Shown one piece after another: positions 27,825 through 38,904 of a DNA stretch of 44,196 nucleotides; within the stretch, counting starts at the first letter, position 1, and the number at the start of each line of letters is the position of its first letter. The DNA comes from a virus (Duplodnaviria > Heunggongvirae > Uroviricota > Caudoviricetes). The stretch spans positions 1 to 44,196 of IMG/VR virus record IMGVR_UViG_2778261274_000007; one strand, given 5' to 3'. The notes beneath the pieces are model-generated. The model ran no database searches, was not told the DNA's origin, and was given only the letters and a program-made list of their open reading frames with translations. A program made the position numbers and the translations under genes.

Positions 27825-29732
27825 ATGGCTGATAATTTTCAGCTGAAAGCCATCATCACCGCCGTTGACAGGCTGTCCGGCCCGCTTAAAGGTATGCAGC
27901 GTCAGCTTAAGGGGTTTCAGAAAGAAGTCTCCAGCCTTGCTCTGGGCGCTGCCGGGGCGGGTACTGCAATAATGGGGGCACTGGCACTCCCTGTAAAATC
28001 AGCCATCACCCTTGAATCGAAGATGGCTGATGTCCGCAAAGTGGTAGACGGTCTGGATACGCCGGATGCGTTTAAGGCCATGACGGAGCAGGTACGCGCT
28101 TTGTCTACTGAGCTTCCCATGTCTGCAGACGGGATCGCGGAAATTGTGGCGGCTGGCGGTCAGGCCGGGATTGCACGTGATGAACTGATGCAGTTTGCCA
28201 CTGATGCGGTGAAGATGGGCGTGGCCTTTGATACCACGGCTGAAGAGTCCGGGCAGATGATGGCCCAGTGGCGTACTGCGTTTAATATGACGCAGGATGA
28301 AGTGGCCGGGCTGGCTGACAAAATCAACTACCTTGGTAATACCGGCCCGGCGAATGCGAAGAAAATCTCCGATATTGTTACGCGTATTGGTCCTTTAGGT
28401 GGTGTTGCAGGTGTGGCTTCCGGCGAAATCGCGGCAATGGGGGCAACCATTGCCGGGATGGGCGTGGAGTCAGAAATTGCCGCCACAGGGATCAAGAACT
28501 TCATGCTTTCCCTGACCGCGGGAAATTCCGCGACAAAATCGCAGAAACAGGCATTACGTTTTCTGCGGATCAATCCGAAGAAATTAGCTGCTGATATGCA
28601 GAAAGATGCCCGGGGAACCATGCTGTCTGTACTGGATGCGATGGCTAAAGTGCCCAAAGAAAAACAGGCAGCTGTGCTGAATGCCCTGTTCGGGAAAGAG
28701 TCTCTGGGCGCGATAGCACCTCTGCTGACTAACCTTGATTTGTTGCGTACCAACTTCAGGCGGGTTGCGGATTCCCAGCAGTATGGCAGTTCGATGCAGA
28801 AGGAATATGCTTCGAGGGCAGCGACGACGGAAAACCAGCTTTTACTTCTGCAAAATCAACTTGATGCCATTTCTTCCACGCTGGGGGAAACGTTTCTTCC
28901 TGAGGTTAATGATGGTCTTGAAGCGGTAAAACCGCTCCTTGAGGAAGTGAGAACGTTTGTCCGTGAAAACCCGGAGCTCGTTAAGACCATTGCTAAAATC
29001 GGTCTGGCCTTACTGACGGTGGGAGCCGCTGCAGGCTCTTTGTCCAGAATTATGAAAGTTCTCGGCGGTGTGATGAATATGACGCCTGCTAAGGGGCTGA
29101 TTGCTCTTCTGGTTGGTGGCGCTTACCTCATTATTGATAACTGGGAAACCGTAGGTCCTGTCATAAAAAAAGTCTGGCACGTGGTGGATGAAACGGCGCA
29201 GGCGATGGGGGGATGGGAAACTGTTCTGAAAGCGATTGCCCTGTTTATGGCAACCAAATGGGTTGCTGACGTTACCAAATCCATTACCGCAGTGACCAGA
29301 GAGATGCGTACGCTGGGGAAGGTATCGGCAGAAACGGGATTGATGGGGAAAGGCCGCGGCTTTATCGGGAAGGCCGGGGTATATGGTTTTCTGGGAACCC
29401 TGATGTATGAGCCGGTTAAAGATACTCTGGAAAGTGTTGTTCCTGAAGATACGGTTAACTGGCTGGATAATAAAGGGCTGTTTCTGGCTTCAGACTGGAC
29501 GCCTTTTTTTGATCGTAAAGAGTACGAGCAGTATCAGGCCAGCCTGAGTCAGTACAAACCCAATGTTCCGCTGTTGAATCCATCTTCTTCCATGACACAG
29601 CACAGCGAGCTGAAAGTCACGTTCGAGAATGCTCCGCCAAGTATGAAGATAATTGATGTACCGGGCAAAGCCGATCCCCTGATGAAAATCACGCACGATG
29701 TGGGGTATTCCCCTTTTCGTTTTCCACGATAA
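27825..29732 (+). CDS. Tail tape measure protein (635 aa)
   Basis: Long Ala/Gly-rich alpha-helical protein in the expected position. Confidence 0.85.
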   Translation: MADNFQLKAIITAVDRLSGPLKGMQRQLKGFQKEVSSLALGAAGAGTAIMGALALPVKSAITLESKMADVRKVVDGLDTPDAFKAMTEQVRALSTELPMSADGIAEIVAAGGQAGIARDELMQFATDAVKMGVAFDTTAEESGQMMAQWRTAFNMTQDEVAGLADKINYLGNTGPANAKKISDIVTRIGPLGGVAGVASGEIAAMGATIAGMGVESEIAATGIKNFMLSLTAGNSATKSQKQALRFLRINPKKLAADMQKDARGTMLSVLDAMAKVPKEKQAAVLNALFGKESLGAIAPLLTNLDLLRTNFRRVADSQQYGSSMQKEYASRAATTENQLLLLQNQLDAISSTLGETFLPEVNDGLEAVKPLLEEVRTFVRENPELVKTIAKIGLALLTVGAAAGSLSRIMKVLGGVMNMTPAKGLIALLVGGAYLIIDNWETVGPVIKKVWHVVDETAQAMGGWETVLKAIALFMATKWVADVTKSITAVTREMRTLGKVSAETGLMGKGRGFIGKAGVYGFLGTLMYEPVKDTLESVVPEDTVNWLDNKGLFLASDWTPFFDRKEYEQYQASLSQYKPNVPLLNPSSSMTQHSELKVTFENAPPSMKIIDVPGKADPLMKITHDVGYSPFRFPR

Positions 29733-29756
29733 CGCAGTCCTTTTTGAGGTCAGTCT

Positions 29757-31133
29757 ATGGATTTATCCTCATTTCCCACCCGACCTTCATTACTTTCGTC
29801 GTCTTCAGGCTGGCGTGACAGACTTCAGGACGCGTCATTTCGCGGCGTGCCGTTTAAGGTTGAAGAAGAAAGTGCGGGAACCGGTCGCCGTGTGGAAACA
29901 CATGAATACCCGAACCGCGACAAACCCTATACCGAAGACCTGGGGAAAATCACTTTTCGCCCGTCCATCACGGCTTATGTGGTGGGAGATGACTGCTTTG
30001 ACCAGCGCGATCGCCTGATTGACGCGCTGAATAAACCCGGTCCCGGCACGCTTGTCCATCCGACATACGGTGAGCTGAAAGTCTGTGTTGACGGAGAAGT
30101 TCGGGTCAGCACATCGAAGAGTGAAGGGCGTATTGTCCGCTTTGACCTGAAGTTTGTCGAAGCGGGAGAACTCTCTTACCCCACTTCAGGTGCGGCGACG
30201 GCGCAGACGCTGATGTCATCCTGTTCTGCACTGGATGACTGCATCAGTGACAGCTTCAGAGGTTTCAGTATCGATGGCGTGGCGGATTTCGTGCAGAACG
30301 ACGTCGTTGGTAATGTCAGCACAATGCTTGGGTATGTTTCTGATGCGATGAAAGTGGTGGATTCTGCCGTATCGGATGCTGCCAGGCTGTTGCAGGGGGA
30401 TATCTCGGTACTTCTGCCGCCACCATCGTCAGGCAAAAATCTCGTTGAGCAGGTGCAGAAAATGTGGCGTACCGGGAAACGCCTTTATGGTAACGCCAGC
30501 GACCTGGTCACCATGATCAAAACGCTTTCCGGTGTCAGCCTCGGCAGCGATCTGCAACCGCGCGGCGTCTGGAAAACGGACAGTAAAACCACCGCCACGG
30601 CTACGCAGCAGCGTAATGTGGTTGCCAGCACCCTTCGTACGACCGCAATCAGTGAAGCGGCGTATGCCGTCACCCGATTGCCTGCGCCAACAACTTCCGC
30701 GGTGATGCAGAATTCCGCAGTGGGGCAGGCAACAACACCTGCGCAGAGCACTGGCTGGCCTTCCGTCACGCATCCGGCACTGAACAATGCACCGGCGGTG
30801 AAAAACACGGTTGACCTGCCGACGTGGGAAGAACTGACTGACATTCGCGACACACTGAATACGGCAATTGATAAGGAGTTGTCCCGTACAACCAGTGATG
30901 CGCTGTTTCTGGCGCTGCGCCGGGTGAAAGCAGATCTGAATGCGGATATCAACACGCGCCTTGAACAGTCTGCACGGATCATTCAGCGCACACCGGATGA
31001 GGTTTTACCCGCGCTGGTGCTGGCGGCGACCTGGTTTGATAACGCGGCGCGTGACGCGGACATTATCCGGCGTAATGCCATTACGCATCCCGGCTTTGTG
31101 CCGGTGATCCCTCTGAAGGTGCCAGTGCAATGA
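29757..31133 (+). CDS. Mu N-like DNA circularisation protein (458 aa)
   Basis: Position after the tape measure in the Mu-like order. Confidence 0.7.
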   Translation: MDLSSFPTRPSLLSSSSGWRDRLQDASFRGVPFKVEEESAGTGRRVETHEYPNRDKPYTEDLGKITFRPSITAYVVGDDCFDQRDRLIDALNKPGPGTLVHPTYGELKVCVDGEVRVSTSKSEGRIVRFDLKFVEAGELSYPTSGAATAQTLMSSCSALDDCISDSFRGFSIDGVADFVQNDVVGNVSTMLGYVSDAMKVVDSAVSDAARLLQGDISVLLPPPSSGKNLVEQVQKMWRTGKRLYGNASDLVTMIKTLSGVSLGSDLQPRGVWKTDSKTTATATQQRNVVASTLRTTAISEAAYAVTRLPAPTTSAVMQNSAVGQATTPAQSTGWPSVTHPALNNAPAVKNTVDLPTWEELTDIRDTLNTAIDKELSRTTSDALFLALRRVKADLNADINTRLEQSARIIQRTPDEVLPALVLAATWFDNAARDADIIRRNAITHPGFVPVIPLKVPVQ

Positions 31134-32209
31134 ACGACAATGTCACGCTACGGGTAAATGGCCGGGAGTGGAATGGCTGGACATCGGTGCGCATCGGTGC
31201 CGGTATTGAACGGCTGGCGCGGGATTTCAGTGTGGAGATCACTCGCCAGTGGCCGGGAGATGAGGGTATCACCACGCTTCAGCCGCGCATTAAAAACGGT
31301 TCAAAAGTGGAAGTGCTGATTGGTGATGAGCTGGTGATCACCGGCTGGGTGGAGGCGACTCCCGTTCGTTACGATGCCCGTTCGGTCAGCACCGGTATTG
31401 CCGGACGTAGTCTGACGGCTGACCTGATTGACTGTGCAGCCGAACCGACACAGTTTAACGGACGCTCGCTGGTGCAGATTGCGCAGGCGCTTGCTGCGCC
31501 TTTCGGCATTGAGGTGGTGAACAGCGATGCGCCGTCGGGTGTTATTCCTGATGTTCAGCCTGATCACGGTGAAACGGTGATTGAGGTAATCAACAAAATA
31601 CTCGGTCAGCAGCAGGCACTGGCTTACGACGACCCGCACGGCAGGCTGGTGATTGGCGGTATTGGCTCAACGCGGGCACATACTGCGCTGGTACTCGGGG
31701 AAAACATCCTTTCCTGCGATACGGAGAAGAGTATCCGGGAGCGATTTTCTGTTTACCAGGTGGCGGGGCAGCGTGCCGGGAACGACGATGATTTCGGTGA
31801 GGCCACCACCACCGCGCTGCGGGCCCGCACAGAGGACGCATTTATTGCCCGTTACCGTCCGATGTATATCAGGCAGACAGGGCAGGCCACGGGGGCAGGC
31901 TGTATTGCGCGTGCTGACTTTGAAGCCCGACAACGGGCGGCGCGGACGGATGAAACCACCTATTTGGTGCAGGGCTGGCGACAGGGTAACGGTACGCTGT
32001 GGCAGCCCAACCAGCGGGTGATTGTCTTCGATCCGGTCTGTGGTTTCGACAATACCGAACTGCTTGTCTCGGAAGTCACGTTCACTCAGGACCAGAACGG
32101 CACCATGACGGAAATCCGTGTCGGCCCACCTGATGCTTATCTGCCTGAACCCGAAGCCCCCGGCGCGCGGAAAAAGAAAAAAGCCAGAGTACAGGAGGAC
32201 TCGTTCTGA
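31130..32209 (+). CDS. Baseplate hub protein (Mu P-like; 359 aa)
   Basis: Position and family resemblance. Confidence 0.65.
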   Translation: MNDNVTLRVNGREWNGWTSVRIGAGIERLARDFSVEITRQWPGDEGITTLQPRIKNGSKVEVLIGDELVITGWVEATPVRYDARSVSTGIAGRSLTADLIDCAAEPTQFNGRSLVQIAQALAAPFGIEVVNSDAPSGVIPDVQPDHGETVIEVINKILGQQQALAYDDPHGRLVIGGIGSTRAHTALVLGENILSCDTEKSIRERFSVYQVAGQRAGNDDDFGEATTTALRARTEDAFIARYRPMYIRQTGQATGAGCIARADFEARQRAARTDETTYLVQGWRQGNGTLWQPNQRVIVFDPVCGFDNTELLVSEVTFTQDQNGTMTEIRVGPPDAYLPEPEAPGARKKKKARVQEDSF

Positions 32210-32757
32210 TGAGGACGATTGAAGCCATGCAGCGACAACTCCTCGGCCTGATTGGGCGGGCAGTGGTGAAAAGCATCAGTGCCGCCACGAAATGTCAGAC
32301 CGTGGATGTGTCCCTGATTGCCGGTGAACCCAAAGCCGGGGTTGAACATCTTGAACCCTACGGTTTTACCGCAAGGGCAAACAGCGGTGCGGAAGCGGTG
32401 GTGTTGTTTCCGGATGGCGACCGTTCTCATGCGGTGGTTGTTACGGTGTCGGACCGGCGCTACCGCCTGAAAGGGCTGCAGACGGGTGAGGTGGCTGTCT
32501 ATGACGATCAGGGGCAGTCTGTGACGCTGACCCGGGAGGGGATCGTGGTGGACGGTGCAGGTAAAACGATCACGTTTCGCAATGCGCCCAGAGCACGTTT
32601 TGAAATGGACCTGGAAGTGACCGGACAGGTGAAAGACCTGTGCGACTCCGGCGGCACCACCATGTCAGCGATGCGGCTTGCCTATAACGGCCATTGTCAC
32701 AGAGAGAACGGTCAGGGCAGTAACACCGACAAACCGGATAAAGCGATGGAGGCATGA
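32209..32757 (+). CDS. Baseplate spike / assembly protein V-like (Mu gp45-like; 182 aa)
   Basis: Position and family resemblance. Confidence 0.65.
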   Translation: MRTIEAMQRQLLGLIGRAVVKSISAATKCQTVDVSLIAGEPKAGVEHLEPYGFTARANSGAEAVVLFPDGDRSHAVVVTVSDRRYRLKGLQTGEVAVYDDQGQSVTLTREGIVVDGAGKTITFRNAPRARFEMDLEVTGQVKDLCDSGGTTMSAMRLAYNGHCHRENGQGSNTDKPDKAMEA

Positions 32758-33182
32758 TGGAACTGTGGCTGACGGTGAACGGTAAACGCACCTGCGCCAG
32801 CGCACCGCTGGATCCGCTGACCCGCGCCGTGGTGATTTCCCTGTTTACCTGGCGGCGGGCGGAGCCTGATGACAACGCCGACGTCCCGATGGGATGGTGG
32901 GGGGATACCTGGCCTGCGGTACAGAATGACCGTTACGGCTCCCGACTGTGGCTGCTTCAGCGCAGCAAACTGACCAATCAGCTGGTGCAGACGGTAAGGG
33001 GGTATATCCGCGAATGCCTGCAATGGATGATTGATGATGGCGTGGTGTCCCGTATTGATCTGGATATCCGCCGCACCGGGATTAATGAACTGGGTAACAG
33101 TATCACTCTCTGGCGTCGTGACGGACCGGTAATGATTTCTTTTGATGATCTGTGGAGTGCGATAACGCATGGCGGACAGTGA
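32754..33182 (+). CDS. Mu gp46-like baseplate protein (142 aa)
   Basis: Position and family resemblance. Confidence 0.65.
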   Translation: MMELWLTVNGKRTCASAPLDPLTRAVVISLFTWRRAEPDDNADVPMGWWGDTWPAVQNDRYGSRLWLLQRSKLTNQLVQTVRGYIRECLQWMIDDGVVSRIDLDIRRTGINELGNSITLWRRDGPVMISFDDLWSAITHGGQ

Positions 33183-34227
33183 ATTTCAGCGCCCGACGCT
33201 GGCAGAAAATATCAGTATGCTCCGTAACGATTTATTCGCCAGGCTGGACGTCAGCGACACGCTCCGGCGCATGGATGAAGACGTGCGGGCAAAGGTGTAT
33301 GCGGCGGCGCTGCATACGGTTTACGGTTACATCGATTATCTGGCAATGAACATGCTGCCTGACCTGTGCGATGAGTCCTGGCTGGCGCGACATGCTGCGA
33401 TGAAACGGTGTCCGCGCAAGGGGGCCACGGCTGCCAGCGGGTATATGCGCTGGGAAGGTGTCAGCGATGGCCTGAAGGTGACTGCCGGGAGCGTGATTCA
33501 GCGCGATGACCTGGTTCAGTACACGGCAACTGCCGATGCAACCAGCACCGGTGGTGTCCTGCGTGTGCCGATCACTTGCTCAAGTGCAGGCGCGGTCGGT
33601 AACGCTGAAGACGGTACGGCATTAATCCTGGTCACGCCGGTGAATGGTCTGCCGTCTTCCGGTGTTGCAGATACCCTGACTGGCGGATTCGATACTGAAG
33701 ATCTGGAAACGTGGCGCGCCCGCGTCATTGAGCGGTATTACTGGACGCCGCAGGGCGGGGCTGACGGGGACTATGTCGTCTGGGCTAAAGAAGTGCCCGG
33801 CATTACCCGCGCATGGACATACCGTCACTGGATGGGAACGGGAACTGTCGGTGTGATGATTGCCAGCAGTGACCTGATTAATCCCATTCCGGAAGAATCA
33901 ACGGAAACGGCGGCAAGACAACATATCGGGCCACTGGCCCCGGTGGCAGGCTCTGATTTGTATGTGTTCAGGCCGGTAGCACATACGGTGGATTTTCATA
34001 TCCGCGTGACGCCGGACACACCGGAAATACGGGCTGCCATCACCGCCGAGTTGCGTTCGTTCCTGCTGCGTGATGGTTATCCGCAGGGAGAACTGAAGGT
34101 GTCACGTATCAGTGAAGCGATTTCCGGTGCGAACGGGGAATACAGCCATCAGTTGCTTGCCCCGGCGGACAATATCTCCATTGCAAAAAATGAGCTGGCA
34201 GTTCTGGGGACGATTTCATGGACGTGA
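33169..34227 (+). CDS. Baseplate J-like protein (Mu gp47-like; 352 aa)
   Basis: Size and family resemblance. Confidence 0.8.
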   Translation: MADSEFQRPTLAENISMLRNDLFARLDVSDTLRRMDEDVRAKVYAAALHTVYGYIDYLAMNMLPDLCDESWLARHAAMKRCPRKGATAASGYMRWEGVSDGLKVTAGSVIQRDDLVQYTATADATSTGGVLRVPITCSSAGAVGNAEDGTALILVTPVNGLPSSGVADTLTGGFDTEDLETWRARVIERYYWTPQGGADGDYVVWAKEVPGITRAWTYRHWMGTGTVGVMIASSDLINPIPEESTETAARQHIGPLAPVAGSDLYVFRPVAHTVDFHIRVTPDTPEIRAAITAELRSFLLRDGYPQGELKVSRISEAISGANGEYSHQLLAPADNISIAKNELAVLGTISWT

Positions 34228-34802
34228 CAAACGATGATTATATCCGTCTGTTGTCGGCACTGTTGCCGCCCGGTCCGGCGTGGTCAGTCAGCGATCCGGC
34301 GATTGCCGGTGCGGCACCGTCATTAACCCGCGTTCATCAGCGTGCGGATGCCCTGATGCGGGAGCTGGATCCGCGCACCACCACTGAACTGATAAACCGC
34401 TGGGAGCGTCTGTGCGGTCTGCCGGATGAATGTATTCCCGCAGGGACACAAACCCTTCGCCAGCGTCAGCAACGGCTGGATGCGAAGGTTAATCTGGCGG
34501 GCGGCATCAATGAGGATTTTTACCTTGCACAGCTTGCTGCCCTGGGCAGACCAGACGCCACTATCACGCGATACGATAAAAGCACGTTCACCTGCTCATC
34601 GGCCTGTACTGACGCAGTGAATGCGCCGGAATGGCGGTATTACTGGCAGGTCAACATGCCAGCCGCCACCAACACCACCTGGATGACATGTGGCGATCCC
34701 TGTGATTCCGCACTGCGTATCTGGGGCGACACCGTTGTCGAGTGCGTGCTTAACAAACTCTGCCCTTCGCATACCTACGTAATTTTTAAATATCCGGAGT
34801 AA
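34218..34802 (+). CDS. Mu gp48-like / DUF2313 tail protein (194 aa)
   Basis: Position and family resemblance. Confidence 0.65.
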   Translation: MDVTNDDYIRLLSALLPPGPAWSVSDPAIAGAAPSLTRVHQRADALMRELDPRTTTELINRWERLCGLPDECIPAGTQTLRQRQQRLDAKVNLAGGINEDFYLAQLAALGRPDATITRYDKSTFTCSSACTDAVNAPEWRYYWQVNMPAATNTTWMTCGDPCDSALRIWGDTVVECVLNKLCPSHTYVIFKYPE

Positions 34803-34805
34803 TCC

Positions 34806-35486
34806 ATGCATCGTATAGACACGAAAACCGCGCAGAAGGATAAGTTCGGCGCGGGTAAGAACGGTTTTACCCGTGGTAACCCCCAAACCGGCACACCTGC
34901 CACCGATCTGGATGATGACTACTTTGATATGTTGCAGGAAGAACTCTGCAGCGTGGTGGAGGCATCCGGTGCCAGCCTGGAGAAGGCGCGGCACGACCAG
35001 TTGCTTACCGCGCTTCGTGCGCTGCTGTTAAGCCGCAAGAATCCGTTTGGCGATATCAAATCGGATGGCACGGTGAAAACGGCTCTCGAAAACCTTGGTT
35101 TGGGAGAAGCGGCAACGAGGAACGTCGGAACGGATACCGGGCAAGTACCAGATATGAGTAGTTTTACAACGGGGCACTCTGGAGCAGCAGACTGGCCGAA
35201 TCCTAAATCTGGATGGAGTAAGGGGCCGGATGGGGTAATTACACAATGGGGTATTTTCGGTTTCCCCGTTGGACAGACAGGGACGAATGTTGTTTTCCCG
35301 CTACCTTTCCCCGCGCGGGTCGAATCAATTACACTGACAATGGCAGATATCCAGGAGTCTCTGCTTTCTCCAGCAACCATGCCTGCTTATGGAGTTAAAT
35401 CAACTGGTACTTCAAGAACGGGTTTTACAGCCCGTATGTCAGGCGCCGGTGGGTTTAATCTTTGCTATATAGCGAAAGGGAGATAA
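34806..35486 (+). CDS. Tail fibre protein: constant N-terminus fused to the currently expressed variable tip (226 aa)
   Basis: Crossover site lies inside the ORF at 35084..35109. Confidence 0.65.
   Translation: MHRIDTKTAQKDKFGAGKNGFTRGNPQTGTPATDLDDDYFDMLQEELCSVVEASGASLEKARHDQLLTALRALLLSRKNPFGDIKSDGTVKTALENLGLGEAATRNVGTDTGQVPDMSSFTTGHSGAADWPNPKSGWSKGPDGVITQWGIFGFPVGQTGTNVVFPLPFPARVESITLTMADIQESLLSPATMPAYGVKSTGTSRTGFTARMSGAGGFNLCYIAKGR
35084..35109. repeat. Invertase crossover site (hix/gix-like), left
   Basis: TCTCGAAAACCTTGGTTTGGGAGAAG; its reverse complement matches 37032..37057. Confidence 0.55.
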
Positions 35487-35490
35487 CAGA

Positions 35491-35934
35491 ATGAATAAAG
35501 TTAAAAGTGTTTACAGCCCGTCCGAAAATGCAATCTACAACGCAGCGCTATATGAAAGTTATATCAAGGAGGGGACATGGCCGCAGGATGGTATTGAAAT
35601 CAGCGATGAGGATGCTGTCAGATTTAATGGGGGAAATAAGCCAACAGGAAAAATGCTGGGAATGGTTTCAGGGGCCCTTGCATGGGTTGATGAGCCGCCG
35701 CTTTCACCAGAACAGAAAATATCAGATGCAGAAAACATGAAAGCCACATTTCGTGCAAAAGCTGACAGTGAAATATCCTGGCGTCAGGATGCTGTTGATG
35801 CGGGCATTGCAACTGATGAAGAAACTTCAACTCTCACCCAATGGAAGAAATACCGTGTGCTGCTGATGCGTGTTGATACTTCAACAGCCCCCGATATTGA
35901 ATGGCCTACGCCTCCGGCAGTTCAGGCCAGATGA
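35491..35934 (+). CDS. Tail fibre assembly chaperone, current orientation (147 aa)
   Basis: Immediately downstream of the tail fibre gene. Confidence 0.65.
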   Translation: MNKVKSVYSPSENAIYNAALYESYIKEGTWPQDGIEISDEDAVRFNGGNKPTGKMLGMVSGALAWVDEPPLSPEQKISDAENMKATFRAKADSEISWRQDAVDAGIATDEETSTLTQWKKYRVLLMRVDTSTAPDIEWPTPPAVQAR

Positions 35935-36511
35935 CATCCGGCGCGGTGCTGGTATCTGTTACCGTCACCGCGTCAATGTAATCCAGCACGACGTTAAGTC
36001 GGGTTGTTTCTGCCTGCGTCAGCTTCCGCCCGGCCTGTAATTTCAGTTGAATCAGACTGATGGAAGCCATTGCAGCATCAATCAGCGACTGGCGCTGTGC
36101 TTCTGCCGCGTCTACTGCGGCACTATGCTGTGCCTCAGTATCTGTCACCCATTTCTCACCATCCCATTTATCGTATGGCGTTAACGGGACGATAGTGGTT
36201 GTATTTTCAGGGTAATCACACGGAGCTGTGATTTCTTTTGATTCTCCCGTTTCGGTGTTATAGACAACTTCACCGCGATGGTCTGGCACATATTCCCATG
36301 AGTTTAAATCTGCCGAACGGCAGATTGCATAACCAACCTTATGTGTGCCAGGAGCATCTAAACAGGAATATGCAGGGATACCGACACCCACAGCAAGATA
36401 TTCAGTTGATGCAGAAATATACTCCCGTGTCTCACTGTCATAGTTATAAACGGTAATCTCTCCTGCCTTTGTGGCAATAAATTTACTATTCAAGATGGCG
36501 TTATACATCAT
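35906..36511 (-). CDS. Alternative tail fibre assembly chaperone (201 aa)
   Basis: Inverted partner gene inside the invertible segment; C-terminus ...DTSTAPD(V/I)WPE shared with the plus-strand chaperone. Confidence 0.6.
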   Translation of the reverse strand: MMYNAILNSKFIATKAGEITVYNYDSETREYISASTEYLAVGVGIPAYSCLDAPGTHKVGYAICRSADLNSWEYVPDHRGEVVYNTETGESKEITAPCDYPENTTTIVPLTPYDKWDGEKWVTDTEAQHSAAVDAAEAQRQSLIDAAMASISLIQLKLQAGRKLTQAETTRLNVVLDYIDAVTVTDTSTAPDVIWPELPEA

Positions 36512-37086
36512 GCAGCCCTCACAATGTAATTAAATGAAATATTACGTGGGCGTGTCTCTGCTGCACCGACAATACTGGTACTCAACCCCGTCGCTGTTCG
36601 TTTGTTATTTTTATTTCCTTCAATCAGACAGTTGTAATCATCATTACCAATTAACGAATTAGTGGCATCAATACCGTCCGGGGACAAGGCATTAGTTGTA
36701 GAACTTAAAGTCAGCATCTCGTCTGAACTTGGAAGATTTTTTAATGGTATTTCATTGCGAGAAATACCCGCGTAAAAAAAGGACTCATGCCTGTGCGCTT
36801 CAAAAGAGTCATCCTGAAGACTTAGCAAGGCACGTCCCGCATCCACTCCACGCCCGTCATCCCAGCCACGAATAAACTCACCACGTAAATCAGGCAATTT
36901 ATTTGTCGGATAAGCCTTTGCCAGTTCCGGGTATTCTTCTGCAGAAAAAGCGGCACCGTTGCATTTCAGCCAGCCTGTTGGCGGAGTGGCGGAAGGCCAC
37001 GGAACAGGCACGCCAACGGGTAATGCCGAACCTTCTCCCAAACCAACGTTTATGAAAATGCAGAAATAACGAGCAAATGGCATCAT
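36508..37086 (-). CDS. Alternative tail fibre tip with tail-collar domain, silent until inversion (192 aa)
   Basis: Starts at the right crossover site; encodes ...NVGLGEG... matching the ...NLGLGE... junction of the expressed fibre; PDLRGEFIRGWDDGRG collar motif. Confidence 0.55.
   Translation of the reverse strand: MMPFARYFCIFINVGLGEGSALPVGVPVPWPSATPPTGWLKCNGAAFSAEEYPELAKAYPTNKLPDLRGEFIRGWDDGRGVDAGRALLSLQDDSFEAHRHESFFYAGISRNEIPLKNLPSSDEMLTLSSTTNALSPDGIDATNSLIGNDDYNCLIEGNKNNKRTATGLSTSIVGAAETRPRNISFNYIVRAA
37032..37057. repeat. Invertase crossover site (hix/gix-like), right, inverted
   Basis: CTTCTCCCAAACCAACGTTTATGAAA; inverted repeat of the left site. Confidence 0.55.
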
Positions 37087-37112
37087 TCCTGCTTTTGTCA
37101 GGGAGATCTACC

Positions 37113-37667
37113 ATGCTTATTGGCTATGTACGTGTGTCAACAAATGACCAGAACACAGATCTACAACGTAATGCGCTGAACTGTGCAGGATGCGAGCTGA
37201 TTTTTGAAGACAAGATAAGCGGTACAAAGTCCGACAGACCAGGACTGAAAAAGCTGCTCAGGACATTATCGGCAGGTGACACGCTGGTGGTCTGGAAACT
37301 GGACCGACTGGGGCGCAGTATGCGGCATCTTGTCGTGCTGGTGGAGGAGTTGCGCGAACGAGGCATCAACTTTCGTAGTCTGACGGATTCAATTGATACC
37401 AGTACCCCAATGGGGCGCTTTTTCTTTCATGTGATGGGTGCCCTGGCTGAAATGGAGCGTGAACTGATTGTTGAACGAACAAAAGCTGGACTGGAAGCTG
37501 CTCGCGCACAGGGACGAATTGGTGGACGTCGTCCCAAACTTACACCAGAACAATGGGCGCAGGCCGGGCGATTAATTGCATCAGGCGTTCCTCGCCAGAA
37601 GGTGGCGATCATCTATGATGTTGGTATATCGACACTGTATAAGAAGTTTTCGGTCGGAGATAAATGA
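37113..37667 (+). CDS. pin: Serine DNA invertase, Pin/Gin/Hin family (184 aa)
   Basis: MLIGYVRVSTNDQ catalytic-serine motif; C-terminal HTH; adjacent to the invertible segment. Confidence 0.85.
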   Translation: MLIGYVRVSTNDQNTDLQRNALNCAGCELIFEDKISGTKSDRPGLKKLLRTLSAGDTLVVWKLDRLGRSMRHLVVLVEELRERGINFRSLTDSIDTSTPMGRFFFHVMGALAEMERELIVERTKAGLEAARAQGRIGGRRPKLTPEQWAQAGRLIASGVPRQKVAIIYDVGISTLYKKFSVGDK

Positions 37668-37704
37668 AACCGTAGCACGTCGTATGCAAGATCGTGCTGC
37701 GGTT
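37665..37704. repeat. Direct repeat copy 1 (imperfect palindromic stem-loop) at the left edge of the nuclease/R-M cassette
   Basis: TGAAACCGTAGCACGTCGTATGCAAGATCGTGCTGCGGTT; near-identical copy at 41835..41875. Confidence 0.5.
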
Positions 37705-37724
37705 TATGCTTATCACTTAAAGAC

Positions 37725-38543
<819 letters not shown>

Positions 38544-38904
38544 TCATTGCAAGGGCTCACAACCAGTAGTGTTGAGAAAACCATCGGAGAAATGAGGCTA
38601 AGCCTTTGAATTTACATAGTACAAAAAAGATACTTTTCCTCATAATGTGAGCTAATTTTATGTTTCGTTTGATGATTGGACCGGTCTCGAAAACCGTAGA
38701 CACATAGTATGCGTTAATTTATGAACAAACTACTTGTCTGCTGTTTTTCTGTCATTAGTCGTATATAGAATGATTCTCTATGCCTAACAAAGCATCACCA
38801 GTGCTAGATTACGTTGTAGTCACTGTTTAAATATCCAGATAAAACATTTCCTTCTGGGTTGAATGAGTGATAAAGTTTCACCCATTAGACCCCTTGGAGG
38901 AATT

